This document shows, one piece after another, positions 28,570 through 41,690 of a stretch of 64,000 nt of DNA (positions are counted from its first letter, which is position 1; every line of letters starts with the position of its first letter). The position numbers and the translations under genes were made by a program. The notes beneath the pieces were generated by a model. It was given only the letters and a program-made list of their open reading frames with translations, did not search any database and was not told where the DNA came from. The stretch is taken from the NCBI GenBank assembly GCA_964016885.1, contig OZ024751.1, positions 53,831,848-53,895,847 on the forward strand. The letters run 5' to 3'. Origin of the DNA: Eledone cirrhosa (Eukaryota).

Positions 28570-29340
28570 TAGTAATAATAATAAATTTGAAGACTAAAAT
28601 CCAAAGAGGGCTCGATAAGGATAAATATATATCAAATATATAAGAACCGTAGAGCAAATATTTATTAAAATAACAGATTAAAGTTTAAGCAAAGAATCGC
28701 TGCTTCGTATTTATTTATTTATATACGTTTATATACTTATTTATTTATTTGTATACACGCATACACACACACATATTTATATGGGCGTGGTTTTGTATAC
28801 CCATGGTAAGGTTTTGCGTATGCTTGTGTATGTACGTATTTGTTTGCATGTATGTATTTATTTATTTCTATTACTTCTGTATTGTATTTATTTACTTTGT
28901 TCTTAACTCTGTAGCGGAGATTCATTTGGTCTCCTAGTTAGAATTTTAGTCTACGACTTCAGCTATACCATTTACGTGGTTGTGCCTTTGCGTGCTATTG
29001 TTCTCCACGCTCCATATATGACGTATTATCTTCGTTTTTTTCGTTCATTGCCAGAGAACGTCTCTATGCACCACCTAAGAGAACATTAGTCTATGACCTC
29101 TTTTATACCATAAACGTGGTTCTGTCTTTGTGCGTAATTGTTTTTCACCGCTCCTATTAATGACGTATTATTCGTTCTTTCCCGTTCTTTGCCAGCGAAC
29201 GTTACCACGAACCAAAGTATCGTCTTCCTGTCTTCCTCCGGTTGCAACGTTTTTTGAAATATCCAGCTCTGCGTTTACAGATTGACTTTGTTAGCTTCAG
29301 AAGATCCCGTTAAGGGTGAAAGCAGCGATTCTTTGCGTGC
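28570..29340. mobile_element. Probable PLE pseudo-LTR remnant
   Basis: Short inverted repeat 28689-28706/~29320-29336, two ~140-bp tandem units (28947-29205) and a broken hammerhead at ~29293-29325. Confidence 0.4.
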
Positions 29341-29819
29341 ATATTATTTTATTATGTTTCGCGATGACCTCCCCTTTCCGCTTGATGACAGTGTGAAATT
29401 TCTTATTCTGAGACTGCTGGAATTTTAAATTTGGCGGTCATTCTGATACGGAGAGGGACCATCGCCAGACATTGGATATCGGTAAGAAGGTTTCTTTATA
29501 TCGATGTTTGACGGGCATCCACTGATGATTTATAAGTGCCCACCTGCATATATTCCTACAGACTATGTGCAGGCTTCTACATAACCTGGACATATTTTTC
29601 CCAACTTGTAGAAAACTTATAATGAAACATTTGTTTGGAAAGGGAGATGTATTTTAATTATGTCTCATATAAAATAATACAACTGGCTATCCGCAAAATA
29701 CATATAGTTAGCACCCAAACGTAAAATTGGGATTATACTAAGGTATATCCTAATGTTTGTTGAGTGAGATGGAAACCAGTCAGAGTATAGCTTAAAGCTT
29801 TCTCTGTTAATGTATTAAA

Positions 29820-30575
29820 TATGTATATATATATATATGTATATTTATATATATGTATATATATATATATTTATATATATGTATATATATATATATTTAT
29901 ATATATGTATATTTATATATATGTATATATATATATGTATATTTATATATATGTATATATATATGTATATTTATATATATGTATATATGAATATTTATAT
30001 ATATGTATATATATATATGTATATTTATATATATGTATATATATATATATATTTATATATATGTATATATATATATATTTATATATATGTATATATATAT
30101 ATATATTTATATATATGTATATATATTTATATATATGTATATATATGTATATATATATATATATGTATATTTATATATATATATATATATATGTATATTT
30201 ATATATATATATGTATATTTATATATATGTATATATATATATATATATATATCTATATATATATATATATGTATATTTATATATATGTATATTTATATAT
30301 ATGTATATTTATATATATGTATATTTATATATACGTATATTTATATATATGTATATTTATATATATGTATATTTATATATATGTATATTTATATATATGT
30401 ATTTATATATATGTATATATATATATGTATATATGTATATATATATATATATATGTATGTATATATGTATATATATATATATATGTATGTATATATATAT
30501 GTGTATATATGTATATATATATATATGTATGTATATATATGTGTATATATATATATGTGTATATATATATATGTG

Positions 30576-30642
<67 letters not shown>

Positions 30643-30840
30643 GTGTATATATATATATCTATATGTATATATATATATTTCGTTGCTGAATTTGTTGGCA
30701 ACATGACCCTCCCAAAGCATAACAATATATATATATATATGTATATGTCTATGTATATATATATATGTATATGTATATATATATGTATATATATATGTAT
30801 ATATATATGTATATGTTTATATATATATGTATATGTATAA
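29820..30840. repeat. Interrupted (TA)n tract
   Basis: Direct reading. Confidence 0.95.
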
Positions 30841-33462
30841 TAATATTATTTATAGTTATATATAGACTATATACAATTATAAACAGGAAAGGTCAGTAAT
30901 TTATTACTACCTTATCAGTAAGAAAAATCGCTCAATGTAAATACATGAGATTTTTTACAGAGCCGGAATATAAATTACACAATAATCAAAGTTATGTTCA
31001 AATCATTTTATTGCTGACAATCGTTTCTTCCAATCTCTCGTTTGGAATCATCGGAGCAGTAGCAATTTTTGTACATATAATTAACCTCCTATTCAACTGA
31101 ACAATCACATAGATACATGGATATTAATGTTGCCAACAACAGTTTCGAATTTACAGAGTGGAATGGATGCGACATAGATTTCAAGAGAATTGTACAATAA
31201 TTAAAATTAAAAGTAAAATAGGCACTGAGTGGAATACGTGCGACAGAGATTAGTATAACAATTAGAGAGGCATTAAGGTAGAAAGTTACTCCGTGAAACG
31301 AGGATACTAGTAGTACATATGCAAGCGTATAGAAAGTGCGAATGCAATATGCTTAAACAGGAAGGAAACAAGCAATGGTACTAGGCATATATAATTTCTG
31401 CGATGCAAAGGTATCACATAAAACAACATATGTTTACAAGCAGGCAAAGCTGTTTTTGTATTAAAATTATTAGTTTATGGTGGATGTAGTGTGATAATTG
31501 TTTCTGTAATGTTCAAATGTGTATGTGCTGAGAGTATCAATGTTATTGCTATCTTTTCCATACCATTGGCTATGTTTTATTTTAGTGAATGTTTTTAATC
31601 AGTCACAGCCATGGATTGTATACCGGTTCTAATATATTATTATCCGGGGTTCGAGTTGTTGTAGAGAGGTTCCCTAACGGTTTAATTTCCGGAAGTGAGT
31701 TTGATCTATATTAAGGGGAGCTAATACAAAAGGGGAGGTAACTAGTGATTACATTGTAAATGAATTTAGAAAAATGTAAATATGTTTACAGCTATATATT
31801 ATTTAAATTCTTTGTGTTGCTATACATTATATTATGTTATAAGTAAATCCCTTTTATATAATGCTATTTGTTTGTGTTTAATTTTAAATATAATCTATTT
31901 TACATTAAAGGTCCCATTATATTGTTATCTATCCATTACTGAATAAAGTATAAGTAATGTTTAGGAAATTGGTAAGAATGTATAGTTGTTTACAGGTCTA
32001 ACTAGTTAAATCTCATGTGCTATTAATATACATTATATTATGTTATAAGTGAATTTCATATATATAATGCTATTAAATTTATATATTTAATTATAAATAT
32101 AATTTATTTTCCTATACTAGATTAAGTTTCTCATCATATTATTTATCCATTCCTGAATATAATATAAGCAAGATATAGTGGTTATATTAAATGGTTTAGT
32201 TTTATGTTTATTCCTAATAGTTACTGTATAGTATAAAGTTTGAGATAAAAAAGGAGTTAGGTAGAGTGATGAGTTGATCACATAGTGTGATGCTGTTGGG
32301 GTACTTATATGCTGATAAGACCTAGAGGTGAAGTGTTAAGGGTGGTGAGGAATTCAGATCTGACATTGTTATACATCAGCAGCTAGGTTTAAAGCTATGG
32401 AAAGAGTGTCGGTTGTAGTGCTGGCAGATCGAAAAATCCTCTGATTTTCTATTTAGGATGTCTAGCTTAGAATAGATTATTGTTCGGGTCTCTAGAAGAC
32501 AGAGGTTACATAATTTATTTGGTGTTTATACGATGCGGCCCTATCTACTATCTCCCATTGAAGTGTATATGTTCTATTCCAAGTTTTCAGAGAGTATATG
32601 TAGCTGGATAAAGAAGTGGAGTTGGCTGGAATGTGAATTTTGAACGTGTGGAGATGCGAGTTATATCTCGTCTTGAAGTTGAACCGATATATGTTTTAGA
32701 AGAGTTGTTTGTGTTGACCGTGCATGAGTAAATGATGTCTTTGATTAAGCAATTTTTACCTAAGGGGCAAGTTCTATTTGTTCTACAGTTACAGTTATTC
32801 TGGTTGTTTGCTCGCTGGTTACTATGTTGTGTTGATGCCTGGTTGTTAGGGATGACATTAGGGTAATGATGGTTGTCATTCCTATTGTTATTAATTTCAT
32901 TAGTGCTATTATCATTATTATTATTGCTACTAGAAATCTCTGGTACTATGTTGCCCTGTAAGTTTGCCCCTTGTGATTTAATTAGTTGAAAATAATTATT
33001 AATGTTCCTTTTATTACTACTAGCTATATGGTATGCGATGTTAGGTGTGGTAGAGTAAGAGATTTTAATGGTATTTTTATTGATAAGATTATGGTATTTG
33101 TGGCCAGATGGGAAGTTTTTTTCCAGGATTGAGAAAAAAGCCTTCGGCAAGTTGGTAGAGGCGATTAGATTGAAAGGGGGATTGAAGAATGTATTAGTTC
33201 TTCTATTTTTGTTTTTTGTAATGTTACTTGAGGTATTGTTTATATTTCTGTATATATTATTATTGTGGTGTTTATTCTGGTGCGAGTTAAGTTTGATATT
33301 ACCCTTTGTATTAGAGTTATAGTGGCTAGTACTTTTATTATTGTTCCTCATGGCCATATTGTGAGAAATAATGTTGTAACTAGATGATTTTACATGTAGA
33401 AATTTAATCTCATTTTATGTCCTGATTTAGCTAAGGCCTCATTATAGTATTGGGAATTATTG
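30840..33462 (-). mobile_element. Penelope-like element 3 (Nematis-like), 3' fragment with long 3' UTR
   Basis: ORF 32587..33357: FFNPPF, KISYSTTPN, CNCR..CPL, IIYSC..TYIGST; hammerhead near the 3' end. Confidence 0.85.
31012..31058 (-). ncRNA. Type I hammerhead motif (U4C variant)
   Basis: tgct-CCGATGA-ttccaa..ttggaa-GAAAC-gatt-GTC-agca. Confidence 0.7.
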
Positions 33463-33517
33463 TTCCAAACGACTTAAAGATATTTACTTATTATTCCACA
33501 ATGCTTCAAGCAAACTT

Positions 33518-33555
<38 letters not shown>

Positions 33556-33691
33556 AGTGTAATTTTCTACACAAAACGAAGGTTATAGAGAAAATTGAGG
33601 TTGGTAATGGCACATGGAATATATAAGAGACAGAATACTTTTTTGTGAAAAAACATAATTTTATAAGGTAAGGAAATAATAAAGGGTATAA

Positions 33692-33739
33692 AAAATGACC
33701 GGTTTCGATGGGTCTGCAAAAGCCATCTTTTCAAATGTT
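33692..33739 (-). ncRNA. Minimal hammerhead, U3-A8 core (3' pLTR of PLE 4)
   Basis: TTGAAAA-gatgg..ccatc-GAAAC-cg-GTC; weak stem I. Confidence 0.6.
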
Positions 33740-34199
33740 GATTAATATTAAGAAAAATTAATAATACGAAGAGTTAAAATTTGAGATTTGAAAATTCAAG
33801 TATAAAATTCATTGTGGGATTTCATAGCAGTTTTCATCTAGGTAGCAACAACAGGTTGACTGCTGTGTCCCTTTCTGGTAGTGAATGAGAAGTTATTTGG
33901 GGTGTGGGTTATTTTATAAAGGTCAGATTTAGCAATCACCAACTGGCCAGCTGCTGGTCAGTGAGGGGTTGGAAGCAATATACATACACATATCTTCCTG
34001 TGGTGGGTAGGAGAGTGGAGCGTGATAGAAAGGGATTTAGTGCACTTACACCTATATATACACACATACCTTCATCCACACATACATACATATACATATA
34101 CATATACATATATATATATATATATATACATATACACACATACATACACACACACATACATATACATACACACATACACACACACACATATATACACAT

Positions 34200-34244
<45 letters not shown>

Positions 34245-34275
34245 TATATATACATACACATACATCCAGATACAC

Positions 34276-34365
<90 letters not shown>

Positions 34366-34460
34366 CCCCACACATACATACACACACACACTCATATATA
34401 TATACATGCACACATACAAACATACACACACACACACATATATATACACACATACACACA

Positions 34461-34491
<31 letters not shown>

Positions 34492-34965
34492 GCATATATA
34501 TATATATATACACATACGCATACATCCAGATATACACATACATACACACACACACACACGCACACACAATACATACATCCACATGCACACACATACACAC
34601 ACACACACATATACACATACATACACCCACACACAGAGAAATGGCCTCCAAATATATATATATATATACATACAGACACATATTTTTTCCATAATATAAG
34701 AAGTTGGGACAGTGAAATTAAAATACAAGTCATTCTGATCACATTGAGTTCTTCATGTAGATTGGGCCCCGCAACCGACAGTGGTGAATTCTGTGTGCGC
34801 ATATATATATAGATATATGTGTGTGCACGTGCAGGGTTTAACATGGATGTGTTGGTCACACAAAGGCATGGTCTGTCAATGAATAAACCTGATTCTACAG
34901 AATTGGTCTCTGGTCTTTAATAGTAGTGATTCCGTGCGTATGTGTGTTTATATTTTATGACAATT

Positions 34966-35541
34966 CTATTGGGGTGATAACCCGTTTAGTTTTGGTTTAA
35001 ATTTGTTAAGGAATAGATTTTCTTTGTTTATTCTTTGTTGCTGTGTGAACGAATCTGAGCACTTGTAGAAGGGGAAGATTTTAAAGTTGGGTAGTGTCAT
35101 TCCTGCGCAGTTCGCAATATGGCTGCTCAAGGGGATTTTTCTTGTGTTAGCGTCCCGGATTTGTTGGCGGTGGATGGTCATTCTTTTGCGTAATGAGGTG
35201 CCCGTCTGTCCTATGTAGTTGTGTTTGCACCCACCGCAAGTTATTGCGTAAATCAAGTTCTCCGAGTTGCAGGTGAAATTGTTTTTTACTGTAAATGTTT
35301 GGCCATCTTTGAATGTAAATGTTTGTCCTTCAGTGAGGTAGAGGCACGTTCCACAGTTTGTTCTACCACATTTGGTAACTGTAGGGTTGAGGATTGGTTT
35401 GGGTATATTTGGTCCAGTGAGAATGCGTTTAAGTGATTTGGGTTGTCTTTTACTTTTAAGGATCTTGTGTGTTTCAAGAATAGACTTCATTTTTACATCT
35501 TTAAGTAGGATGGGGAGGTTTTTGTGTAGGTGATCAAACAT
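34966..35541 (-). pseudogene. GIY-YIG endonuclease of PLE 4, separated by a frameshift
   Basis: KCGRTNCGTC, LIYAITC..YIGQTG..RMTIH, KPKLN. Confidence 0.88.
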
Positions 35542-38471
35542 TTCGGTATTTCTGGGGTTGAAAGTGGATACATATGGCAGGGTGTTGAGTGTGGTTTTGG
35601 ATTGTTAAGTTGATGGGGATTTAGGTGTTTTGCCCTGTCTATTCCATTGTTGATTATTTCAAGTGGAAAGGCTCTTAAGATAAGGGTGTCTTTTAGTTCC
35701 TTTAGTCTTTGCTCCCGTTTAGGTGGATCTGATACTATGGTACATATACGTTTGGCCAAATTGTAAGGAATGTTAAGTTTTGTATGTTTTGGGTGACTTG
35801 ATGTGAAAAAGAGGTATTGCTTGGAATCTGTGGGTTTATAGAATATATCTGTATCTAATTTCCCGTCTATTACAGAGATGAGAATATCCAAGAAGGCTAA
35901 TTCCTTAGGATTGGATTCCATTGTGAATTGTATGTTATTATCTATGTTGTTTATCATGTTTTTAAACGTAGTAAGTGAGTTCATGTCTTCTTGCCATAGG
36001 ATAAAGCAGTCGTCTAGATATCTTTTCCAATTGGCTTTGAGGTGTGTGTGGAAAGAGTCTCCAAATAAGAGAAAGGACTGACTGTATATTTGTTGTTCAT
36101 GGAATCCCATGACTAGGTTGGCATATGTGGATGCTACTTTCGTGCCCATTGCCGTACCTGATACTTGTCTGTATGTTGAACCATTGAATGTGAAGTAGTT
36201 ATTTTGTAGGATAAAGCGGAGTCCGTCAGTGATAAAATCTGTGTTGATGCGTGTCGGTATTTCTGATGGGTGTGTGTTAAGCCAGTATTGGACTGCTGTT
36301 ATTCCATAGTTGTGAGGTATGTTTGTGTAGAGGTTTATTACGTCAAAGGAGACAAGAATTGTATTTGCACTTACTGTTTTAGGGAGGTGTTTCAGCATGT
36401 CAAGGTCATCTCGTATGTAGCTCTGTATATGTTGTAGAAAGGGTTTCAGTAGGATGTCCAGAAAGTTGCTAAGTCTGTGGGTTTCACATGTAGGGCCTGC
36501 TATAATTGGCCTGAGTTTTAGGTCTTCTGGTGGTGTTAGTTCAATGTAATTGTTGGTTGAGGTGTCACATGCATCGTTTATGGGTTTACATTTGTGGAGT
36601 TTCGGTAAGCCGTAAAAAGAGCTTGTATTGCATTTGAAGTGGCTTATATAGTTAAACTCTTTTGTGGTTAAGCTGTTGCGGTATTTATTCAGTAAGGTCA
36701 AAAGGTTCCCCATTGTTTTGGTGTGTTTGTAGTTTTCTGTTTTTTCATAGTATGTGTTGTTTTCTAAAATGTTAAGTGCGAGGGTCCTATAGTAGTCCGT
36801 ATTCATAATGACAACAGTACTGCCTTTATCGGCTTCTTTGATAGTTATCTCAGGGTTGTTTCTAAGTGTGAATAATTCTTCCCATTCGTGTGTAGATAGG
36901 TTTGATTTCGTGTGTTTATTTGTAATTTTTTCATAGGGAAAGTTGGTGATGTGTTCGCAGTACGTGTCCAGTGCTTTATTTCTTCCCTTTTGTGGGCAGA
37001 AATTGCTTTTATTTCTAACCAGTGATTCGTCTTCAGTGTTGGTGTCGTTGTGGAAGAATTCCGTTAGTCGCAGCTTTCGGCAGTATTCCATGATGTCATC
37101 CTTCATTTCGGGGAAGTTTGGTTTACGTGGTGTAGGTGTAAATTTCAGGCCCTTACTTAAAATGTTGATTTGTGTGTTGGTTAGAGGTGTCTTTGAGAGG
37201 TTGATTATTTTTGGTTTCTCCTGAGGGCGGGGCCATCGAGTATCCTGGTATTTCAGGCTTTTCCCTAAAAAAGGAATGTAGTTTTGTGTGTGATTATATT
37301 TTGTTGGTCTGTTGCGTGTGGGTCTGTAGCTTGTTGTTTCATGAGGGTGAATGTGATGGTGGGGGTGGTATGTGTTGTGGTTGTTGATGAGCAAGGGTTC
37401 TGTTGTTGGTTCATGTGGTCTGGGTGCGTTATTTCTGTGGTACAGAGTGTTGAGGCTGGGGGGTTGTCTTTTGTTGGATTGAGGGTGATGTTTGGTGTGG
37501 TTGTGGGTAAGTTCTGTTGTGATTTCAAGTGGTCTGGGTGGATTTCTTCTGAGGAATGTGGTGTGTGTGTTGTGAGTTGGATCTATGTTATTTCGTCGTT
37601 GGTTTATGTAGGGGGCATTTCTACGGAAACCTGTGTTGTGGTGGTTGGGTGTGTTTCTTTTGGTGTAGTTGGCCGTATTTGGTTTGTGTTGGTGGGGGAT
37701 GTGCCTGTGGTTAGTGTGTGTTGGGTTTGGTGGTGTAAATGTGTCTGTTGTAGTTCTTGTTATGTTCAAATGCTTTATAAAGGGGTTACATGTTTGGTGC
37801 GTCCTTTTAAAGTCTTCTTCATATTTGAGGAACCAGTTTTCGGATTTTTCCCACCGTTTAAGGGAAATAGTTTCTGCATTCTCGCAGTCCTGTTTCCACG
37901 ATTTGATTACATTTTGTAGGGTTGTTCCCTCGGCCTTTTTAGTGCATTCTTCCTCCATATTTTTATCAGTATCCTTATACTCTTGCTCGTTTGAGGTGGC
38001 CCTTAATTTTAGGAGTTCTATTTCCATGTTTATCCTGTTGAGTGACATTTGTTCACGGAGTTTTCTTTCTGGTTCAGGTTCGTTTGTAATATGCTTTATT
38101 TGGAATTTACGTGGTAAAACTATCGGTGTTGAGTTAATCCATTTTTGGTAAATTCCAGCTTTGTTGAGGTTTTTTATCATATTCCAGAAAGTGAATTTTC
38201 TGGTTTTTAGATGTTTTTTCCAGAGGTGTCCCATTTGGTTTTTGATATGGAGCAATGTCGTTTGTTCTGTGTTGGTATTCATAAGTTTTTCGATGGAGTT
38301 GCATACGTTTTGAACGTTTAAATAAATTTGGTTGTCAGTCGGTGTGGTGGTTTGGGGTATATCCTGTTTTTTTGTCAGAATGGTGAGTTTTCCATTTATC
38401 TCTTTTAGGATTTTCAGGATTTCCTCATTTATATTGGAGTTTGAAGTTGTGTTGTCTTGTTCCAGTGCCAT
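35493..38471 (-). CDS. PLE polyprotein: N-terminal extension and reverse transcriptase (992 aa)
   Basis: IINLS, LSKGLKF, KEADKG, YGLPKLHK, RPII, SFDVINLYTNI, GTAMG, RYLDD, FLDI, YKPTD, SSHP. Confidence 0.9.
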   Translation of the reverse strand: MALEQDNTTSNSNINEEILKILKEINGKLTILTKKQDIPQTTTPTDNQIYLNVQNVCNSIEKLMNTNTEQTTLLHIKNQMGHLWKKHLKTRKFTFWNMIKNLNKAGIYQKWINSTPIVLPRKFQIKHITNEPEPERKLREQMSLNRINMEIELLKLRATSNEQEYKDTDKNMEEECTKKAEGTTLQNVIKSWKQDCENAETISLKRWEKSENWFLKYEEDFKRTHQTCNPFIKHLNITRTTTDTFTPPNPTHTNHRHIPHQHKPNTANYTKRNTPNHHNTGFRRNAPYINQRRNNIDPTHNTHTTFLRRNPPRPLEITTELTHNHTKHHPQSNKRQPPSLNTLYHRNNAPRPHEPTTEPLLINNHNTYHPHHHIHPHETTSYRPTRNRPTKYNHTQNYIPFLGKSLKYQDTRWPRPQEKPKIINLSKTPLTNTQINILSKGLKFTPTPRKPNFPEMKDDIMEYCRKLRLTEFFHNDTNTEDESLVRNKSNFCPQKGRNKALDTYCEHITNFPYEKITNKHTKSNLSTHEWEELFTLRNNPEITIKEADKGSTVVIMNTDYYRTLALNILENNTYYEKTENYKHTKTMGNLLTLLNKYRNSLTTKEFNYISHFKCNTSSFYGLPKLHKCKPINDACDTSTNNYIELTPPEDLKLRPIIAGPTCETHRLSNFLDILLKPFLQHIQSYIRDDLDMLKHLPKTVSANTILVSFDVINLYTNIPHNYGITAVQYWLNTHPSEIPTRINTDFITDGLRFILQNNYFTFNGSTYRQVSGTAMGTKVASTYANLVMGFHEQQIYSQSFLLFGDSFHTHLKANWKRYLDDCFILWQEDMNSLTTFKNMINNIDNNIQFTMESNPKELAFLDILISVIDGKLDTDIFYKPTDSKQYLFFTSSHPKHTKLNIPYNLAKRICTIVSDPPKREQRLKELKDTLILRAFPLEIINNGIDRAKHLNPHQLNNPKPHSTPCHMYPLSTPEIPKCLITYTKTSPSYLKM

Positions 38472-38640
38472 TTTCCGGATTTGCGTAGGTTAGTATATAT
38501 GAAAAGTGTAATTTTCTACACAAAACGAAGGTTATAGAGAAAATTGAGGTTGGTAATGGCACATGGAATATATAAGAGACAGAATACTTTTTTGTGAAAA
38601 AACATAATTTTATAAGGTAAGGAAATAATAAAGGGTATAA

Positions 38641-38688
38641 AAAATGACCGGTTTCGATGGGTCTGCAAAAGCCATCTTTTCAAATGTT
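38641..38688 (-). ncRNA. Minimal hammerhead, U3-A8 core (5' direct pLTR)
   Basis: Identical to 33692-33739. Confidence 0.6.
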
Positions 38689-39009
38689 GATTAATATTAA
38701 GAAAAATTAATAATACGAAGAGTTAAAATTTGAGATTTGAAAATTCAAGTATAAAATTCATTGTGGGATTTCATAGCAGTTTTCATCTAGGTAGCAACAA
38801 CAGGTTGACTGCTGTGCTAAATCTGACCTTTATAAAATAACCCACACCCCAAATAACTTCTCATTCACTACCAGAAAGGGACACAGCAGTCAACCTGTTA
38901 TTGCTACCTAGATGAAAACTGCTATGAAATCCCACAATGAATTTTATACTTGAATTTTCAAATCTCAAATTTTAACTCTTCGTATTATTAATTTTTCTTA
39001 ATATTAATC

Positions 39010-39057
39010 AACATTTGAAAAGATGGCTTTTGCAGACCCATCGAAACCGGTCATTTT
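39010..39057 (+). ncRNA. Minimal hammerhead, U3-A8 core (inverted pLTR)
   Basis: Identical motif on the + strand. Confidence 0.6.
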
Positions 39058-39154
39058 TTATACCCTTTATTATTTCCTTACCTTATAAAATTATGTTTTT
39101 TCACAAAAAAGTATTCTGTCTCTTATATATTCCATGTGCCATTACCAACCTCAA

Positions 39155-39315
<161 letters not shown>

Positions 39316-39355
39316 CATATATATACGCGTTCTTGAGACTAGTAAAATGAGGTAT

Positions 39356-39443
39356 CCTCTTGATAAGTCGGCAGACCTTGCAGGGACTCTATATCTTTAT
39401 GATGTATTGTTTTTGTTTATGCCACGAAACTACGTAGTCGAGG
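39356..39443 (+). ncRNA. Type I hammerhead, U3-A8 core, in an orphan islet (about 39325-39680)
   Basis: cctc-TTGATAA-gtcggca...tgccac-GAAAC-tacgta-GTC-gagg; palindromic stem III. Confidence 0.7.
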
Positions 39444-39679
39444 AATCTAGGAGCAGTTTAGGTATGATACATTTTATTACTAATTATATCTAAATGTTTC
39501 TTCTCTCTTCATAATGTGATTTTAACTCTGATACTGGTTCAGTCTAGTTCAACCGGATTGGTCTGTCCCAGTCATTCATTGAGCAACATCGGTGAGGTTG
39601 GCACCCTTAACTCACGGTTGGGTGTGGATGCATTCATGTATATGTGTGTGTCCGCATGTATCTGTGTGTTTCTAAATAT

Positions 39680-39690
39680 ATTATATATAC

Positions 39691-39770
<80 letters not shown>

Positions 39771-39899
39771 CATATATATATACATATATATACATATATA
39801 TATATATATATACATATATATACATATATATATATATATATACATATATATACATATATATATATATATACATATATATACATATATATATATATATAC

Positions 39900-39980
<81 letters not shown>

Positions 39981-39981
39981 C

Positions 39982-40038
<57 letters not shown>

Positions 40039-40292
40039 CATATATATATATACATATATATATATATACATATATATATATACATATATATATATACATA
40101 TATACATATATATACATATATATATATGTATATATATATGTATATATATATATGTATATATATATATGTATATATATATATATGTATGTATATATATATA
40201 TATGTATATATATATATGTATATATATGTATATATATGTATATATATATATATGTATATATATGTATATATATATATATATGTATATATATG

Positions 40293-40345
<53 letters not shown>

Positions 40346-40364
40346 GTATATATATATATGTATA

Positions 40365-40405
<41 letters not shown>

Positions 40406-40484
40406 GTATATATATATATATGTATATATATGTATATATATATATGTATATATATGTATATATATATATATGTATATATAAATG

Positions 40485-40517
<33 letters not shown>

Positions 40518-40544
40518 GTATATATATGTATATATATATATATG

Positions 40545-40576
<32 letters not shown>
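39680..40576. repeat. Interrupted (TA)n tract with CA-to-TG polarity switch near 40120
   Basis: Direct reading. Confidence 0.95.
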
Positions 40577-41629
40577 TTGAAGTTTGCTTGAAGCATTGTG
40601 GAATAATAAGTAAATATCTTTAAGTCGTTTGGAAGCCTCGACAATGCAAATGGGTAAATCTCCGGGTAACAAGATCTGGTGGTGGAGAGAGAGATGTAAG
40701 TGGGTGTACGTTGAGATGGGTGGTGTGTATAAGATGTGTTGAAGAATGAAGGAAAGAGTATAAAGGATAAAATAAAAATAACAACACGAGAGAGAGTTAC
40801 CTTGGGAGAGATTTAATTGTCCCTATATATTTCGGATTCACATCCATCAACTGGGGGGGGGGGTTCCGGGGTGGGGGAAAGGTTGTCTGTCGGACAGGTG
40901 CGAAACGCGTCCTCAGCTGTTTGTTGTTTTGAATATCTGAGGTATTCAGCAGAGCGCGCGTGCGCGTGTGAAATGGGGTCGGTCGAGCAGAGGTCAGCGG
41001 CCGAATGAGGGAGTGGGGTGGCGCTAGCTGTCAGTCCATTCTCTGCCTGTTTGATAAATGTTACTGTGTGTGTGTGTGCGTGTGTTGTTGTCTCGCTTGA
41101 GTGTGTGTGTGTGTGTGTGCGTGTGTTGTTGCCTTGTTCCTCTGTATTGGCAGTGTAGTATGTTCGTATGGTTGAATGCTACTGTGTGTGTGTGTGTGTG
41201 CGTGTGTGTGTGTAGTTGTCTCGTTTGTGTATGTGTGTGTGCGTGTGTTGCTGCATCGTTTGTTAACTTAAACCAGCCATCTCATTTCGCTTCTCTCTGA
41301 TCGATTGTTTATTTGCGGTTGCAGGCGTTTGATAAAAAGCGCTTCCTTGATACGTAATGTGCCGACGTTTCTTTCAGTCGCTAGAATTGTGACAATGGGC
41401 CTTCCGTCTTTGTTTCTGCATTTGTCTATGTGTTTCCGGAAAGACGAGGCCCTGGTTTTAGTGTGTTCCTTGATCCGGATGTGCAAAGGTCGGATTGTGC
41501 TACCTATGTAGTATTGGTTGCACCTGTAACATTCTATCTTATACACGACGTATGTGCGTAGGCAACAGTTCGCATGGCGTATCGGGCAGTCTCTGAGGGA
41601 GCATGCGTCAGTAGATTTCCCGGGTTTCA
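40577..41629 (-). mobile_element. Penelope-like element 5, GIY-YIG fragment and 3' UTR
   Basis: ORF 41268..41642: VVYKIEC..YYIGSTIRPLHIRIKEH, EALFI, PQIN. Confidence 0.85.
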
Positions 41630-41690
41630 TGAGTAGGACCAAATTACCAGATTATCATTATATCTAGGAATGGTAATTTGGTCCTACTCA

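Noticed and set aside
29293-29325. Hammerhead
   Set aside because: Core reads CAGAAGA and the stem III/cleavage triplet is absent; at most an inactive remnant.
33551-38816. LTR retrotransposon
   Set aside because: No gag, protease, RNase H or integrase; RT and GIY-YIG are Penelope-type, so the repeats are pseudo-LTRs.
40620-40680. Hammerhead near the PLE 5 3' end
   Set aside because: Could not fit core motifs on either strand.
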